DNA from: Chiloscyllium plagiosum
Taxonomy: Eukaryota
Direction of reading: 5' to 3'
NCBI RefSeq assembly: GCF_004010195.1
Contig: NC_057710.1
Location: 73,883,582 to 73,947,581, forward strand
Length of the DNA: 64,000 nt
The notes under the pieces were generated by a model. The model was not told the DNA's origin. It did not search any database and worked only from the letters and a program-made list of their open reading frames with translations. Of the stretch, positions 26,340-39,499 are shown in pieces. Position 1 is the stretch's first letter. Each line of letters starts with the position of its first letter. The position numbers and the translations under genes were made by a program.

Positions 26340-27175
26340 ATTATACAGCATGGATACAGGCCCTTCGGCCCAACTCTTCCATGTCGACCAGGTTTCCTAA
26401 ACTGAAGTAGTTCAATTTGCCTGCATTTGGCCCGCATTGCTCTAAACCTTTCCTATCCATGTACCTGTCCAAAAGTTTTAATTAAATGTTTACCTGCCTC
26501 TGCCACTTCCTCTGGCAGCTGGTTCCATATGTGCACCATCCTCTCTAAAATGTTGCCCCTCCTGTTCCTTTTAAATCTTTCCCCTGTTACCTTAAACTTC
26601 TGGCCTCCAGTTTGGATTTCCCTGGAGAAAAAGACCTTGGCAATTCACCTTATCTATGACCCTCGACCTTTATAAACCTCTAAGGTCACCCCTCAGCCTC
26701 CAACTGTCTCAGTAAAACAAAAAGAAAATCCCAACCTATTCAGCATCTCTTTTTTTTTTGTAAAAGCTAACCTTCCAGTCTCTCTAATATCCTTGTAATT
26801 TTTTTGTATTTTCTTTCCCAGTTTAATAACATCCTTCCTGTTGCAGGATGACGAGAATTGTCCACAGTAGTCCAAATGTGGCCTTACGCATGTCTTGTAC
26901 AGTGGTAACATGTCCAAACTCCTATACTTTGCAATTTTAAGCAACTACATACCTGTGCACTGTGGTCTATCTGTTCACTAATACTTCCCAGGGCCCTAGC
27001 ATTAACTCTGCAAGTCCAGCCCTGGTTTCACTTACCAAAATACATAATCTGAATTAAACTCCATCTGCCATTCCTCAGCCCATTGGCCCAGTTGATAAAG
27101 ATTCTGTTGTACTCTTAGATAACCTCCTTCGCTGTTCACTACGCCATCAATTTTAGAGTCCTCTGCAAGCTTACA
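26340..27175 (-). mobile_element. CR1/HER1-type LINE 3' fragment
   Basis: KLAEDSKIDGVVNSEGGYLRVQQNLYQLGQWAEEWQMEFN and LPLYKTCVRPHLDYCGQF; tail at 26345-26375. Confidence 0.9.
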
Positions 27176-28864
27176 ATCAATGATGATAATGCTGTGAAAG
27201 GGGTGGTCGTTTGATTTTTCCTTGTTGGAGATTGTCAATGTATAATATTCGTTTGGCAGAAATGCTATTTGTCAATTAATACTTGTTAGGATGATGATCA
27301 TGTCTTGATGCATGTGAGAGTGGACTGCTCCAATATAGAAGGATTTTGTATTAGTATCTGCTGAGTTGGTTAGCTAAGGAATATTATTGGTTCTTCTGCT
27401 ATTATGTTTGTATTTAACTTAATAGAAGCTTGGAATTGAATAAAGGATCTGTATGAATGTATCCTTTTAAATTTAGTATCTTGTTGAGCTAATAAGCCTG
27501 TGCAGTTTCTGCTTTTTTAAGGTTGAGTTGAATTGTGCTGTGGACATGCAGCTGAGTGAAATTGCCAGATGTAGTAATTAACTGAGGAAAATGTTGATCC
27601 CTTTATCCTCAATTTTATCTTAGTTCAATTTGCCAACCTGCTCTGATATCTAATGTCGTGATGTAGTTCCATCTTGCACTGGATTCTTGGAAGTGTTCTA
27701 AAATTGTGTGCGATTTTTTTTTCCCTCCGACTCCTTGCAAACATTGTAAATTGATGGCATTGTTGTCCCTTGTGGCCGGGGTCATAATAAATAACAGATC
27801 CATGTTCTGGAGCATTAGGCAGAACCGCAACACCTTGGAGCCACCTCACAAATGACTAAATGGAAATTCTAATTCTCTCTTTATATCTGCTTTAATATTC
27901 CATTGAGATTCCTAGAATTGAAAGATTCTTAGACTAATGAAGCTTTAATGAGGTTTTAAAATTGTTTGCCTTGAAGTTTGTTTCTTTTTGCCATTTTTCT
28001 CGATGCATTTTACTACAGGTTCAGTAGTTGCACATTAAACCACGATAGCTCTTTGCAAAGCCTTTGGTACCAAACGTCAGCTTTAATTTCCTTGTATTCC
28101 AGTATACTTAAGATCAATATTGGTTTACTATTTTGACTTTGGGTGTAATGCAGCTTTTAGTTTACTGTTTTTTGTTTTTGGTAATGTAACCTTGATGGAT
28201 GGAAAACCACTCTAACGTTTACTTGTGCTTGCATGAAATGTCTGTATTTTGTCTTCAGAGTTCCAATTACCATGGCAAATGATCAAAAAATGCTGAAAAA
28301 TTAGTTATGTCTAAATGCAGTGGTTTGCTAACTTATTTCACATACACTTTTCAAAATAGTCCTTTGAGATTTACACTCCTCTCCACATCTTTGGAAAAAA
28401 AATGAACTTGAGCGTTAAACCTGGCTAAGCTTGTTTCTGTACAGAAACATTTTCGATTGTTTTTTTGGCTTAGTTCCCACATTAGATTACTTCCAGTAAA
28501 TCCTGTTTGTTCCAGAACAATGTAATACGTAGGAACTCAGCTTGCAGTAAGTCTCACCTGTGGGTAAGCAGCACAGCTATTATGGCGCGATCACTGGAAA
28601 CTGCAAAAACTTCCACTCCTTCGACAAGTTGCAGCAACTCTATCCTGCCTAGCCTCCACTATGCTAGATTGAAGCAAATGGGTGAGGAGGGGGCATAGTT
28701 ATGGTTTGGGACTGGTTTAACTTGCTTGGCAAATAATTTGTTTGTTGAAAGGTGAAAATGCAACATTTTATATTTCTTGAGTGCTGAAGTTATTTAGAAG
28801 TTTCCCTCCCTCAATAGTATTTCATAAAATATGGTTAAAACCATCACCTCTTTCTCTGCTGTAA

Positions 28865-29416
<552 letters not shown>

Positions 29417-30668
29417 TAAACTTACTCTTTATTCATTGAATCTGAATTTTTATAATGTATTATTATAACATTTTAACCACTCGATTGTAGACTGTGGTTC
29501 AGTATTTATTTATTAAAACTGAAATAAATATATTGAGCATGCTGATCTAAACCATTAGAGAGTGATTGTGTTTTTCATGATGGTCTTCCATTCTGCAAAA
29601 CATGAAATGTGTACTACCAACAAATAAATCTATAGGAAGTGTCTGTGGTCTGAATTTCGTGACCTTTTTGCTGACATTTTTTGATTTCATGAAATTCCTG
29701 GGTGAACATTTAGTGTCTTTTGTTTCGACATTGTGACACATTAGTTGGTATGGCCAGAAGATTTATATACACTTGAAAATATTCTATTTTTTAACTTGCT
29801 AATTGTTTCCTCCTCGCGTATTCTGTTATTTCTTTGGTCATTCAGGCATCATTCATGCATTCCAAAGAATCATCATACTGGACTCCAAACAAAAATCGAT
29901 GCTTTCTTTCTATAGCTGCTGAGTTTCTCCAAAACTTCAATTTCAAAAGTTACTTTTTTTTCTCTTGAATCATTTTTTATTCTATTTATGTATTTTGATT
30001 CTGAAATTAATTTATCTCCAATCCTTCAGTTTCCTACTGTTTGGTTCTTTTGGTTCCTGTCATGATATGAATTAACAATATGACATTGAGAAAAGCACCA
30101 AAGCAATTTGCTAAGAATCCATGGTGTCAGGCTCCTTTCTTCTGATTTGCTATTGCTCAGCAGAAAAGACCAAGGCTTGGATGAATCTTTCAATGTTTTG
30201 CAGTTGACTCCATGGCATTTTTCCAAGGATCTTGTCAGTTGCATGCAGCATTCTTGCCATTTTTGGCAATTTGTTTTGTTTGCTTTTCAGGAATGTGAAA
30301 TTTGTTTTTCAGAGATGAAGACACCACAATAACTCCTATTCCCCAATTGCTCCCTTCTCTTTTTTTCATTGCTTTGCTTTCCGACAGAAAGATTGGATTA
30401 TTTTACATCCGCGTGATGAAATTTCCCTCCCAAATAGGATTTGTGTGCCCCATTTGCAAAACGTGTAACCAACTTGCTGCATTCTTGCACGAAGGACAGG
30501 CGTAGAGAAATCAGTCCCCAGGCCCTGTGACTAAGTAGTCCATCTGTTTTTAATGCTAGAATTACTAGGTTGATATTACCTTTTTACCCACCACACACTC
30601 CCCTGAAAGCCATCTATTTCTTTCACTCTGTTAATATTAGAACTGAATTTAATTTGATACAGATTTAA

Positions 30669-30869
<201 letters not shown>

Positions 30870-33004
30870 TAGCTGATGTGTATGTATGACAGATCAATAC
30901 CAAAACTGACAGCTCACAATAAGTTAATCAAACTGTCGACATGAGGTGAAGGAGTAAAATAATCTGAGCCGAAAATATTACCGTGATCAACTGTACCAGA
31001 CACATTGATAATTTGTTATTCTCATTTGACTTGTTTCTCTTAACGTCTTTTGTAAGTTTTATTTTAAAGGTGTCTTGGAACTCGGTTATTGAGTTTTAAC
31101 AGAACGGATTTGGCTTGTTGAAATGCTCAGAGGCAAATCCTTTGCACGTGAATCCATAAAATGCTGTAGACTATGTAAAAACAACTCTTCCTTAAAGTCA
31201 TTGCAGACTGTTTGATAAAATAACTCCTATTATTTGTTTTAATGGATTGTATCTCTTGGTCTGTGATAAATGCTATCTTATATCAGTGTCAATTTCTCTG
31301 CAAGTAATAGAAGCAAATAGCTTATCATAGAGTTTCATAACTCCATATTTTTAATGCAGCTACATTGTAGTGCAGGAATTTGAACAGGACAGTATAACCA
31401 GCCTAAACTGACATGCATATTATATTTAAAATTCATCACACCAAATGTCCAAGTCTATACTCCTTGTCAGTTTCTGAAATATAAATGGCTTTATAACTTC
31501 CTATCCTACATTTTGTTTGCATGTCGTCAAAGACTGCAGAATAAATATACCAATCCTGCCATCCAAGCAGGGAGTCATGTTCAAATGGAATGCAGATCAG
31601 AATTAAGAAATGAAGTAGTTGTCAACTTATTTTCATGCATCTACAGCTATAAATGAGCATAACTGTCCACCAGAAATTAGGATTATTGAATTCTCCCTTG
31701 CATTTTGACTGTTGTCTTGGAAATGGGTCTCAATTAATCTTTCTTTTGGAGGAGAAATATCTAATGGGAAGTTTAAGCAATTAGATTAATGATTTAAGTT
31801 AAAATTCAAAATAAATGTTGATGTCTGCCACGTGTGTCTCCACGTACCATGGTCTTCTCCACAGCTGTAATGTTTGGCTAAAATGGATACATTGCAAAAT
31901 CTTTCACGGATAGAAGGCATTAAAAATTGTGAACTCTAGCACATTGCTAATTCAAACTCCACCATTCCAATGTAATTTTTCCCCTGGGCCCACCCATATG
32001 CTGAGTTTTTGTCTCAGCTGTGCTGACAATGGTGAAATGTCAAGTGAAAGAAAAGCTGGTCCTACCGTAGAACAGGAAATGGCAAGATAATCTCTCTTTA
32101 CCTTTCTGTTAGCAAAATCCTGACTTCACATTGGTTACTAGACCTCCTTCTGGGTTTTAAAATAGATCCATGGTGACAGTTACAAGGAAGAAAAGCTGTC
32201 ATTTATTTGTTATTTGTTTCATAAGTAATATGCTTCATGCTCAAATCAGTTTGCAATCATATGGTGTACTTTACATTTTCCCCTCTTGTTGAAGCCCTGA
32301 GGGTACATGCAGCAGCTGTCCTCTTCAGTCAAATGGTGAATGTTGATTGGCTAATTAGCTGTGGGAATGTTGACGTTCATCTGAAGTATATGTAGAAATA
32401 TACAGCAGAGAAATGACCATTTGTCTCGAACAATTCATGCCAGGATCTGTTTCCTTCACCCACCTATTTAATATAAGCTGAAATGTTGACCTAATTTGTT
32501 ATACCCACCAGTGCCCAAGGATGCCCAAAAACGGCATCCTTTAATTCTTGCCTGAATGTTTGAGTATTAGGTGGCTGTTATTGTGACAGTTTCCTGGCCC
32601 TGACCCCAAAGAGTTTTGGTAGTAGACAATTAGTAGGTTGCTTTCATGTTCTCAAATAGATATCGCAGGTTGGCTGTGGAAGCAGGAATCGACGTAGAGG
32701 CTGTCACTGGGGCTGTAGTGGGAGCCTGGCAGCGATGCAGAGATTCAAGAGGGAGGGCTACATGGAGAACCTGAAAGGGACTGGAATCACTATCCGCAGT
32801 GTACTCTGAGTCTGCTGTAGTGACAGAGGCCACTGTCTATTTGGCTTGTTCTTATTTTCTGGTTATTTTCCAAACGTGTCAATCTGGAGCTGCTGGTTCT
32901 TCTTGCTGTGCACTCACTTCTTGTAAGCAGGCGAGTCATGAACACTGCCGAGGTCCTGGGTGCCTCTAGGAAAATTGCAGCTTCATCACCAAAATCATCT
33001 CCGT

Positions 33005-33142
33005 ATTAAAACACAGAACTTGAAGATGCTGGAGAAATTCAGCAGGTCTGGCAGCAGCTATGGAGAGAAAGCAGAGTTAACGTTTCAAGAGCTAATTCAA
33101 CATTCTCACTCCCCTCACATCACAGACCTGTTGAGTTTCTCA
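33005..33142. mobile_element. Degenerate palindromic Penelope-terminus element
   Basis: gctggagaaattcagcaggtctggcagcagctatggagagaaagcagagttaacgtttc...cagacctgttgagtttctc; same family as 1785 and 53182. Confidence 0.6.
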
Positions 33143-34510
33143 TAGAATCATAGAGATGTAAAGTACTGCAAACAGACCCTTTGGTCCAACTCATCCATGC
33201 TAATCAGATATCCTAAATAAATCTGGTCCCATTTGGCCCATAAACCCTTCCTATTCTTATACCCATCCAGATACCCTTTTAAATGTTGTAATTGTGCCAG
33301 TCTCCTCCAATTTTTCTGGCAACTCACTCCTTATATGCACCATCCTCCACGTGAAAAGGTTGCCTCTTAGGGCCATTTTAAATCTTTTCCCTCTCACCTT
33401 AAGTCGAAGCCCTTTAGTTTTGGACTCCCTGACCCTGGGGAAAAGACCTTGACTATTCACCTTATCCATGCCCCTCATGATTTAATAAACCTCTAAGGTC
33501 ATCCCTCAACTTTAGATGCTCCAGAGAAAATAGCCCCAGCCTATTCAGCCTCTCCCCATAGTTCAAACCCTCCAACTCTGGTAACATCCTTAAAAATGTT
33601 TTCTGAACCCTTTCAAGTTTCACAACATCTTTCCTATAGCAGGAAGACCTGAATTGAACACAGTATTCTAAAAGTGGCCTAACCAACATTCTATACAGCT
33701 GCAACATGACATCCTAACTCTTATATTCAATGCACTGACCAATCAAGGTAAGCAAGCCAAATGACCTTCAGCACCCTGTCTGCCTGCGACTTCACTTTCA
33801 GGGAACAATACCCCTGCACCCTTGGGCCCCTTTGTATTCCCCAGGGCCCTACCATTAACTGTATGAATTTTGCCCTGATTTGACTTGCCAAAAAACGACA
33901 ACTCAAATTTGTTTAAATTAACTCCATCTGCCACTTCTTCCAAGGTTCTGTTCGACTCTCTGGTAACCTTCAGTGTCCACTCTGCCACCAATTTTGGTCT
34001 AGATTAGAGTGGTGCTGGAAAAGCACAGCAGGTTAGGCAGCATCTGAGGAGCAGGAAAATCAACATTTTGGGCAAAAGCCCTTCATCAGGAATGAGGACT
34101 TTTGCCCGAAACGTCGCTTTTCCTGCTCCTCAGATGCTGCCTGACATGCTGTGCTTTTCCAGCACCACTCTAATCTTGACTCTGATCTCCAGCATCTGCA
34201 GTCCTCAATTTCGCCACCAATTTTGGTGTCATCTGCAAACTTACTAACTGTACCTCCTATGTTCTCATCCAAATCATTTACATTAAATGAGCAAAAGCAG
34301 CGGACCGAACACACATCCTTGCGGCACACTGGTCACAGACCTCCAGTCCAAAAAACAATCCTCTACTGCCACCCTCTGTCTTCTACCTTCAAACCAGTTT
34401 TGTAACCAATAGCTCACTCTCCCTGGATCCCATGCGATCTAATTGTACTAGCCATGCAGAACCTTATTGAATGCCTAGCTGAAGTCCATTTGGACAATGT
34501 CTACTGCTCT
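33143..34510 (-). mobile_element. CR1/HER1-type LINE 3' fragment, interrupted at 33999-34212
   Basis: NDLDENIGGTVSKFADDTKIGG RT motif; LQLYRMLVRPLLEYCVQFRSSCYRKDVVKLERVQK; tail catagaatcatagag at 33142. Confidence 0.92.
33999..34212. mobile_element. 214-bp hairpin element made of two inverted Penelope-type termini
   Basis: Inverted arms of about 85 bp across 34001-34176; perfect 15-bp TSD GCCACCAATTTTGGT at 33984-33998 and 34213-34227. Confidence 0.9.
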
Positions 34511-36369
34511 GCCTTTTCCGGCAACTTGTTTTTGCACCAAGTCACCTCCCTTCATGACAGGCAGCATTCCTCTGTTCAAAATATCTTCCTTTTAGATATT
34601 TTTATTCAACCTGTTCAGATATGTTATGAAACCTCGGAAAGGAACTTGATGCCTGTGGCGTCTTGGTTTTTAAACATTCATCTACTACCTCTCCTTTTGG
34701 ACCACTCAACTACTAGGAGCTGCCTTTATAAAATTCTGAATGGATGAAACCGAAGGTATAATGCCCTTCTCAAGGGCTGTTAGGGATGAGTAATAAATAC
34801 TGGCCCACCACTGGTGTCATATAACCTAAAAAGAAACTAACCAAATTGTGTTGGGTCATTCTATAATCTGTTGTAATTTAAAACAACAATACTCTAGTCT
34901 CTGTCCTTTCCACTACGATATCTTAATGAATCTGTACCGACCCTTTCTAAAACCTTCATACCTTTGCTATAATGTTTTTAGGCTGATATTGCACCCAGCA
35001 TTCTAAGTGCAAGTTTTGTTAATATTTAACATGAGCTCATTATTCATGGCTTAGCTTTAATATTCTGTATCGCAAGATAAAAGCTACATTTCTTATTCTA
35101 TGCCCTTATCTAGTTGGGATACTGTCTTCAGTACTTGATGCACCCTCCAAATTATAGTGCTGTCTTACAGCATCAAGCTTACTTTCATTAATTAACTGCC
35201 TTTTTACACCAAAATGCTTCACACCAGCTGACTGCCTTCATTAAGCTCTTGCCTTGAAAGTATCCCTATTCAAGTTCTTTCAGATGTAGTGTTTTGTGCA
35301 TGTTTGACACCATTCCCTCTGGAACTGCATCTAAATCCTTTGGGTGTAGTGAACAGAAAACAACTCTTATGAGAGACCACTATCCACTCATGACTGCTCT
35401 TAAAAATTGTCTTTAACTCCTTTCTATCTTGACCAAGTTTTAATCTGGCTTTCTCTCCTTGCCTAATTCTATTTCACTTTAATCTCTCATAATCTTCCAA
35501 ATGCTACCTTGTCTAAGTCTTAAAGTTCACTACGTCCACCATATTTTCCAAAATCTATCACCTCTGCTATCTTTCAAGAATTCTGAGCACAATTATCCTG
35601 TAAAATCCTTGCTGATTGTGTCAATTTTCTTTATGGTGGTTACATCCTAAAACAAGACTCAAAAGAGAAGTAGGTTAGCTGTTGTGCAAATCCTTAGATT
35701 AAGTCAGTTGCCTTTTTTTTTAAAAAAAAAAAAGGCTTGTACAACATTGGCCATTCTCAAATTTTCTGGTGGGCCTCCACAGTTGTTTGAACTTAGAATA
35801 TAGTGTATAATTGTCCCTTTCAGCCCTTTTTCAGAATCATAATTCATTTAAAGTTTTTTTTGAATCGTAATTTCTCATCTCACTCTCAACACATTTTAGC
35901 ATTCCATTTCAGCTGGGGTCAGTGACCAGTGGTTGGGTGTGGCTTTTGGGAATGGGGAGGTAGATAATTGACTGACAGCACCTCTTAATCATTCTATTTC
36001 AGCCAACAAACCCTTTGAGCAGGTACTCGTTTGCAAAACATTTCAAATATTCTTGTAAATAACCATATCTTTCCTGATGAATTAAGCAGCCATGTATACT
36101 CCTGCATCTTTTTGTCTGATCCAAATTTTTTTAATGCTCGTGTACTTATAGAGGACTATTTCTTTGTGTCTAATGTTCTTGATGATCTGCAGCATGAAAT
36201 GGATGAAAAAATATTCAACCTTGAAAGCACCCACACCCAGGGTAATTTCTTTAGCAGTCCCTTTGGACCAAGATTGATGATCATCCACTCCAGCATGATG
36301 GGCGCGTCCACGTCTAACATTTTGAATATCAGTGCACCGTAGTGCCCAAGGCATGGTGAAACTAATATA

Positions 36370-36518
36370 CAGAGGAACCTCTCTTTTATCTGAACCTCGA
36401 TTTTATCTGAACCTGATCACCAAGGTCTCGAAGCTTGGCTAAACTGTGTTATCCAGCATTAGATTATCCGAACAAAATACTCCCCACCCGTGTCATTCAG
36501 ATAATCAAGGTTCTTCTG
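36370..36518. mobile_element. MITE, pogo/Tigger-like (Tc1-mariner superfamily)
   Basis: TA-CAGAGGAACC...GGTTCTTCTG-TA termini; internal TTATC(C/T)GAA repeats. Confidence 0.85.
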
Positions 36519-36788
36519 TAGGTGCCAATGTTAGATGAGTGATTAATTACTATTGAGGAAATAACTGGTGAAAGATCATTTTGTTTTGGCACTCACTTTA
36601 AATAATTGTGGCCACTGAAACAATTGAGCAATTAAATTGACAGGGATTTTTGTCTTCCGTGGTTGAAACTGTTTACCAGACCTGATGGCCCATGCAGGAA
36701 ATTGTCTGCAAATTCATGTTCAACAAATGCATACCTTGGAAGAGAATTAATAAATGGTTCATGATGTCTGCACCTTGTGCTTTAATAA

Positions 36789-36962
<174 letters not shown>

Positions 36963-38625
36963 TAAGTTCTGTTGAAGGAAAAATGTTTCATAAATTTTCA
37001 AAAGGATTAAGCAGTGAAGGCGTTCTTATCATTTTTGTCTTCTGCCATATTTAGAAACATAATAGATACCCGAATAGTTAAAATTTAGGTCTGTTAGTGA
37101 TCAAAGTGCAAATCGTTGTCCTGTCTCTGAAGAAATTAGATAGTAGTAAGCGTTCAATTAACACTGACTTTTGTTAGGTTAAAATCATAATCTTGTGGTG
37201 TCTTTGCTGTCTATTGTCTGTTAAGTGGGCTGTAAATTCTGAGGAGTGTCTGCCAAGTGAAGCAATGAAACTCCAGAATGCTTATTACTCCACACATGCT
37301 GTTCCTTGAAAAATACACCTGACTGGTTGGTTACAAATATTTCCAGCTGAAATCTTGCTGTGATAACCAGGTTTGGTTAAACATGGTTAACTTAAAAACT
37401 CTCTTTTCTCTGTTTTGTTAATAAATTAGCTTATCAGAAAGTATTGCGTGGTGCTGCTTGCTATGAATGTCTGAACTCTGGTTGTGGCCTGAGTTTTATT
37501 GTAGATTAAGAATGAGAAAGAAATCTATTGTTGCATTGCAAATTACAAGTATTACTTTATACGGAGATAAACAGCCATGAACGAAGAAATTAAAATAATG
37601 TGTAAATGCTTTAAATTTTAAGTAAAACGTTTTTCAAAAGAGCAATTTTTTCAAGTGTTGGCCTCTCCTCTCAAAGATTGTCAAGAACTTGTGATCATCT
37701 TAGGGACTCAATTATGTTGATAATTTAATTGAGGATGCCTTTCTGTTTGCAGACACCTTTTAATCAGTGTTCTGATGCAATATTGTCATTTACAAAAAAG
37801 TGAAGTCATCTGATGCTCATATTTTGCTTCATTTGGTTGATTGGTTTTAATGCATTTTTGGTGTTGGTTAATCTCAATTTAAAGTGAAGATCAGGAGTGT
37901 TTAGAGGAGCACAGTGGATGTGGATCTAAGGGGTTAGCATATGGTAACGTTACAAAAGCTTGATTAAATTGATTAAGGCATTCAACTGGCTATATCTGTT
38001 GGAGAAATCAGGAAAGAAGGGGCTTGATCATAAAGTTTAGATCTAGGCCACCTCAGCATGACTTCAAGTGACGCACGTTTTGGTAAAAAGGGTATTGGGA
38101 ATCTCTGACAATCTTTCACAAAATGTAGTGGTCATCAGTTAATTTGAAATCTAAGACTATAATCTGTAGCTTTTAGATCAGTAAGTATATTGAGAAAAGT
38201 GAATTAAAGGTAACTAAAAAGAGCAGGGTACAAATCAGTGATAAGCCAATTGAATCGTGGAATAGGCTCAATACCTATTTCCTATTGTTAAATTCCTACC
38301 TACTTAGTGGATGGAGGAAAGAAACAATTGCTAGTTTGAACTGAAATTTGCATTTTATTCTTTACCAGCTGATTAGATAAAATTGAGAGCTTGAATAAAA
38401 TAAGAGATTAAAATGCTTGCCATTGACTGAAGTATCGTTTCCATTAAAACTTTATAAATAGAAGTGGCTGTGGCAATATGAGTTAACTCCTTGGTTAATC
38501 CCTAATTTATCTGAGGTTATGTACAGTTCAGATATCACCTTCTTTGGGAGATTTAAAGATTTATTGTGATGGCTTACATTTCCTTCCTGTTTTTACATCT
38601 TTGATAGACTTTCTCTATGGATCTC

Positions 38626-38647
38626 TATTATTATTATTATTATTATT
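38626..38647. repeat. (TAT)n microsatellite
   Basis: About 7 perfect units. Confidence 0.9.
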
Positions 38648-38744
38648 GTTTTTGAAGTAGAATTTGAAACTAGTTTTCATTGTTTAAAGTGAAGTGTTAT
38701 GTGTATTAATTGTTTTTGTTCACTCACTACACACTGGCATTGCA

Positions 38745-39495
38745 GACTGGCCAGCATTTGCTGTTTGTCCCTAGAAGCCCTTGAGAAGATGGTGGTCAGC
38801 TGCCACCTTGAACTGCTGAGTCCATGTGCTGTAGGTTGACGCACTGTGGTTGGGGAGGGAGTTCAAGGATTTTAGCCACCAATGTAATTCCACGTCAGAA
38901 CAGCAAATGGTTTAGAGGAGAATGTTTTGTTTTGTTAATGGTGTTCCCATGGATCTGCTGACCTTGTCTTTCTAGATGGTAGTGGTTTTGAGTTTGGAAG
39001 GTGCTTTCTGAGGAACTTTGAATTTCTGCAGTCCATCTTGCAGATGATACTGCTGCTAATGAGCTCTGGTGGTGGAGGGCGTTGCCATATGCGGATATGG
39101 TGCCAAAATGTGGACTGCTTTATTCTGGAAGGTGTGAAGCTTCTTGAGTAATTTTGGAGCTGCACCATCCAGGCAAGTTGGGAGGATTCCATCACATTCC
39201 CAACTTATAGCTTTTAGATGGTGACTGGCTTTGTGGATCCAGAAAGTGAGTTACTCTCCACATCATCCCTAACATTTTGCCCGGCTGTTGTAGCCATGGT
39301 TTATGTTGATTTCCAGTTGAGTTTCTGGGTGATGGTAATGACCAGAATGTTGATAGTGGGAGATTCAATGATGGTCACATCATTGAATGTAAAGGGGCAA
39401 TGGTTGGACTATCTCTTGGTGTTGGTGTTGGTGTCGGTCATGGACTAGCATTTGTTGGGGGTGTATGTTACTTGTCAGCCCGAGCCTGAATATTT
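38745..39495 (-). mobile_element. LINE 3' fragment (CR1/L2 group, second family)
   Basis: Reverse complement of the 17750-18430 sequence (cccttgagaagatggtggtcagctgcc...gttgatagtgggagattcaatgatggtcacatcattgaatgt). Confidence 0.85.
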
Positions 39496-39499
39496 TCAA

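Noticed and set aside
34001-34176. pre-miRNA or CRISPR-like repeat
   Set aside because: Arms are dispersed Penelope-type termini with a TSD; there is no repeat-spacer array, and the hairpin is longer than a typical pre-miRNA.
36031-36354. Opposing 103-aa and 90-aa ORFs as a retrocopy
   Set aside because: No recognisable protein similarity, poly-A tail or TSD.
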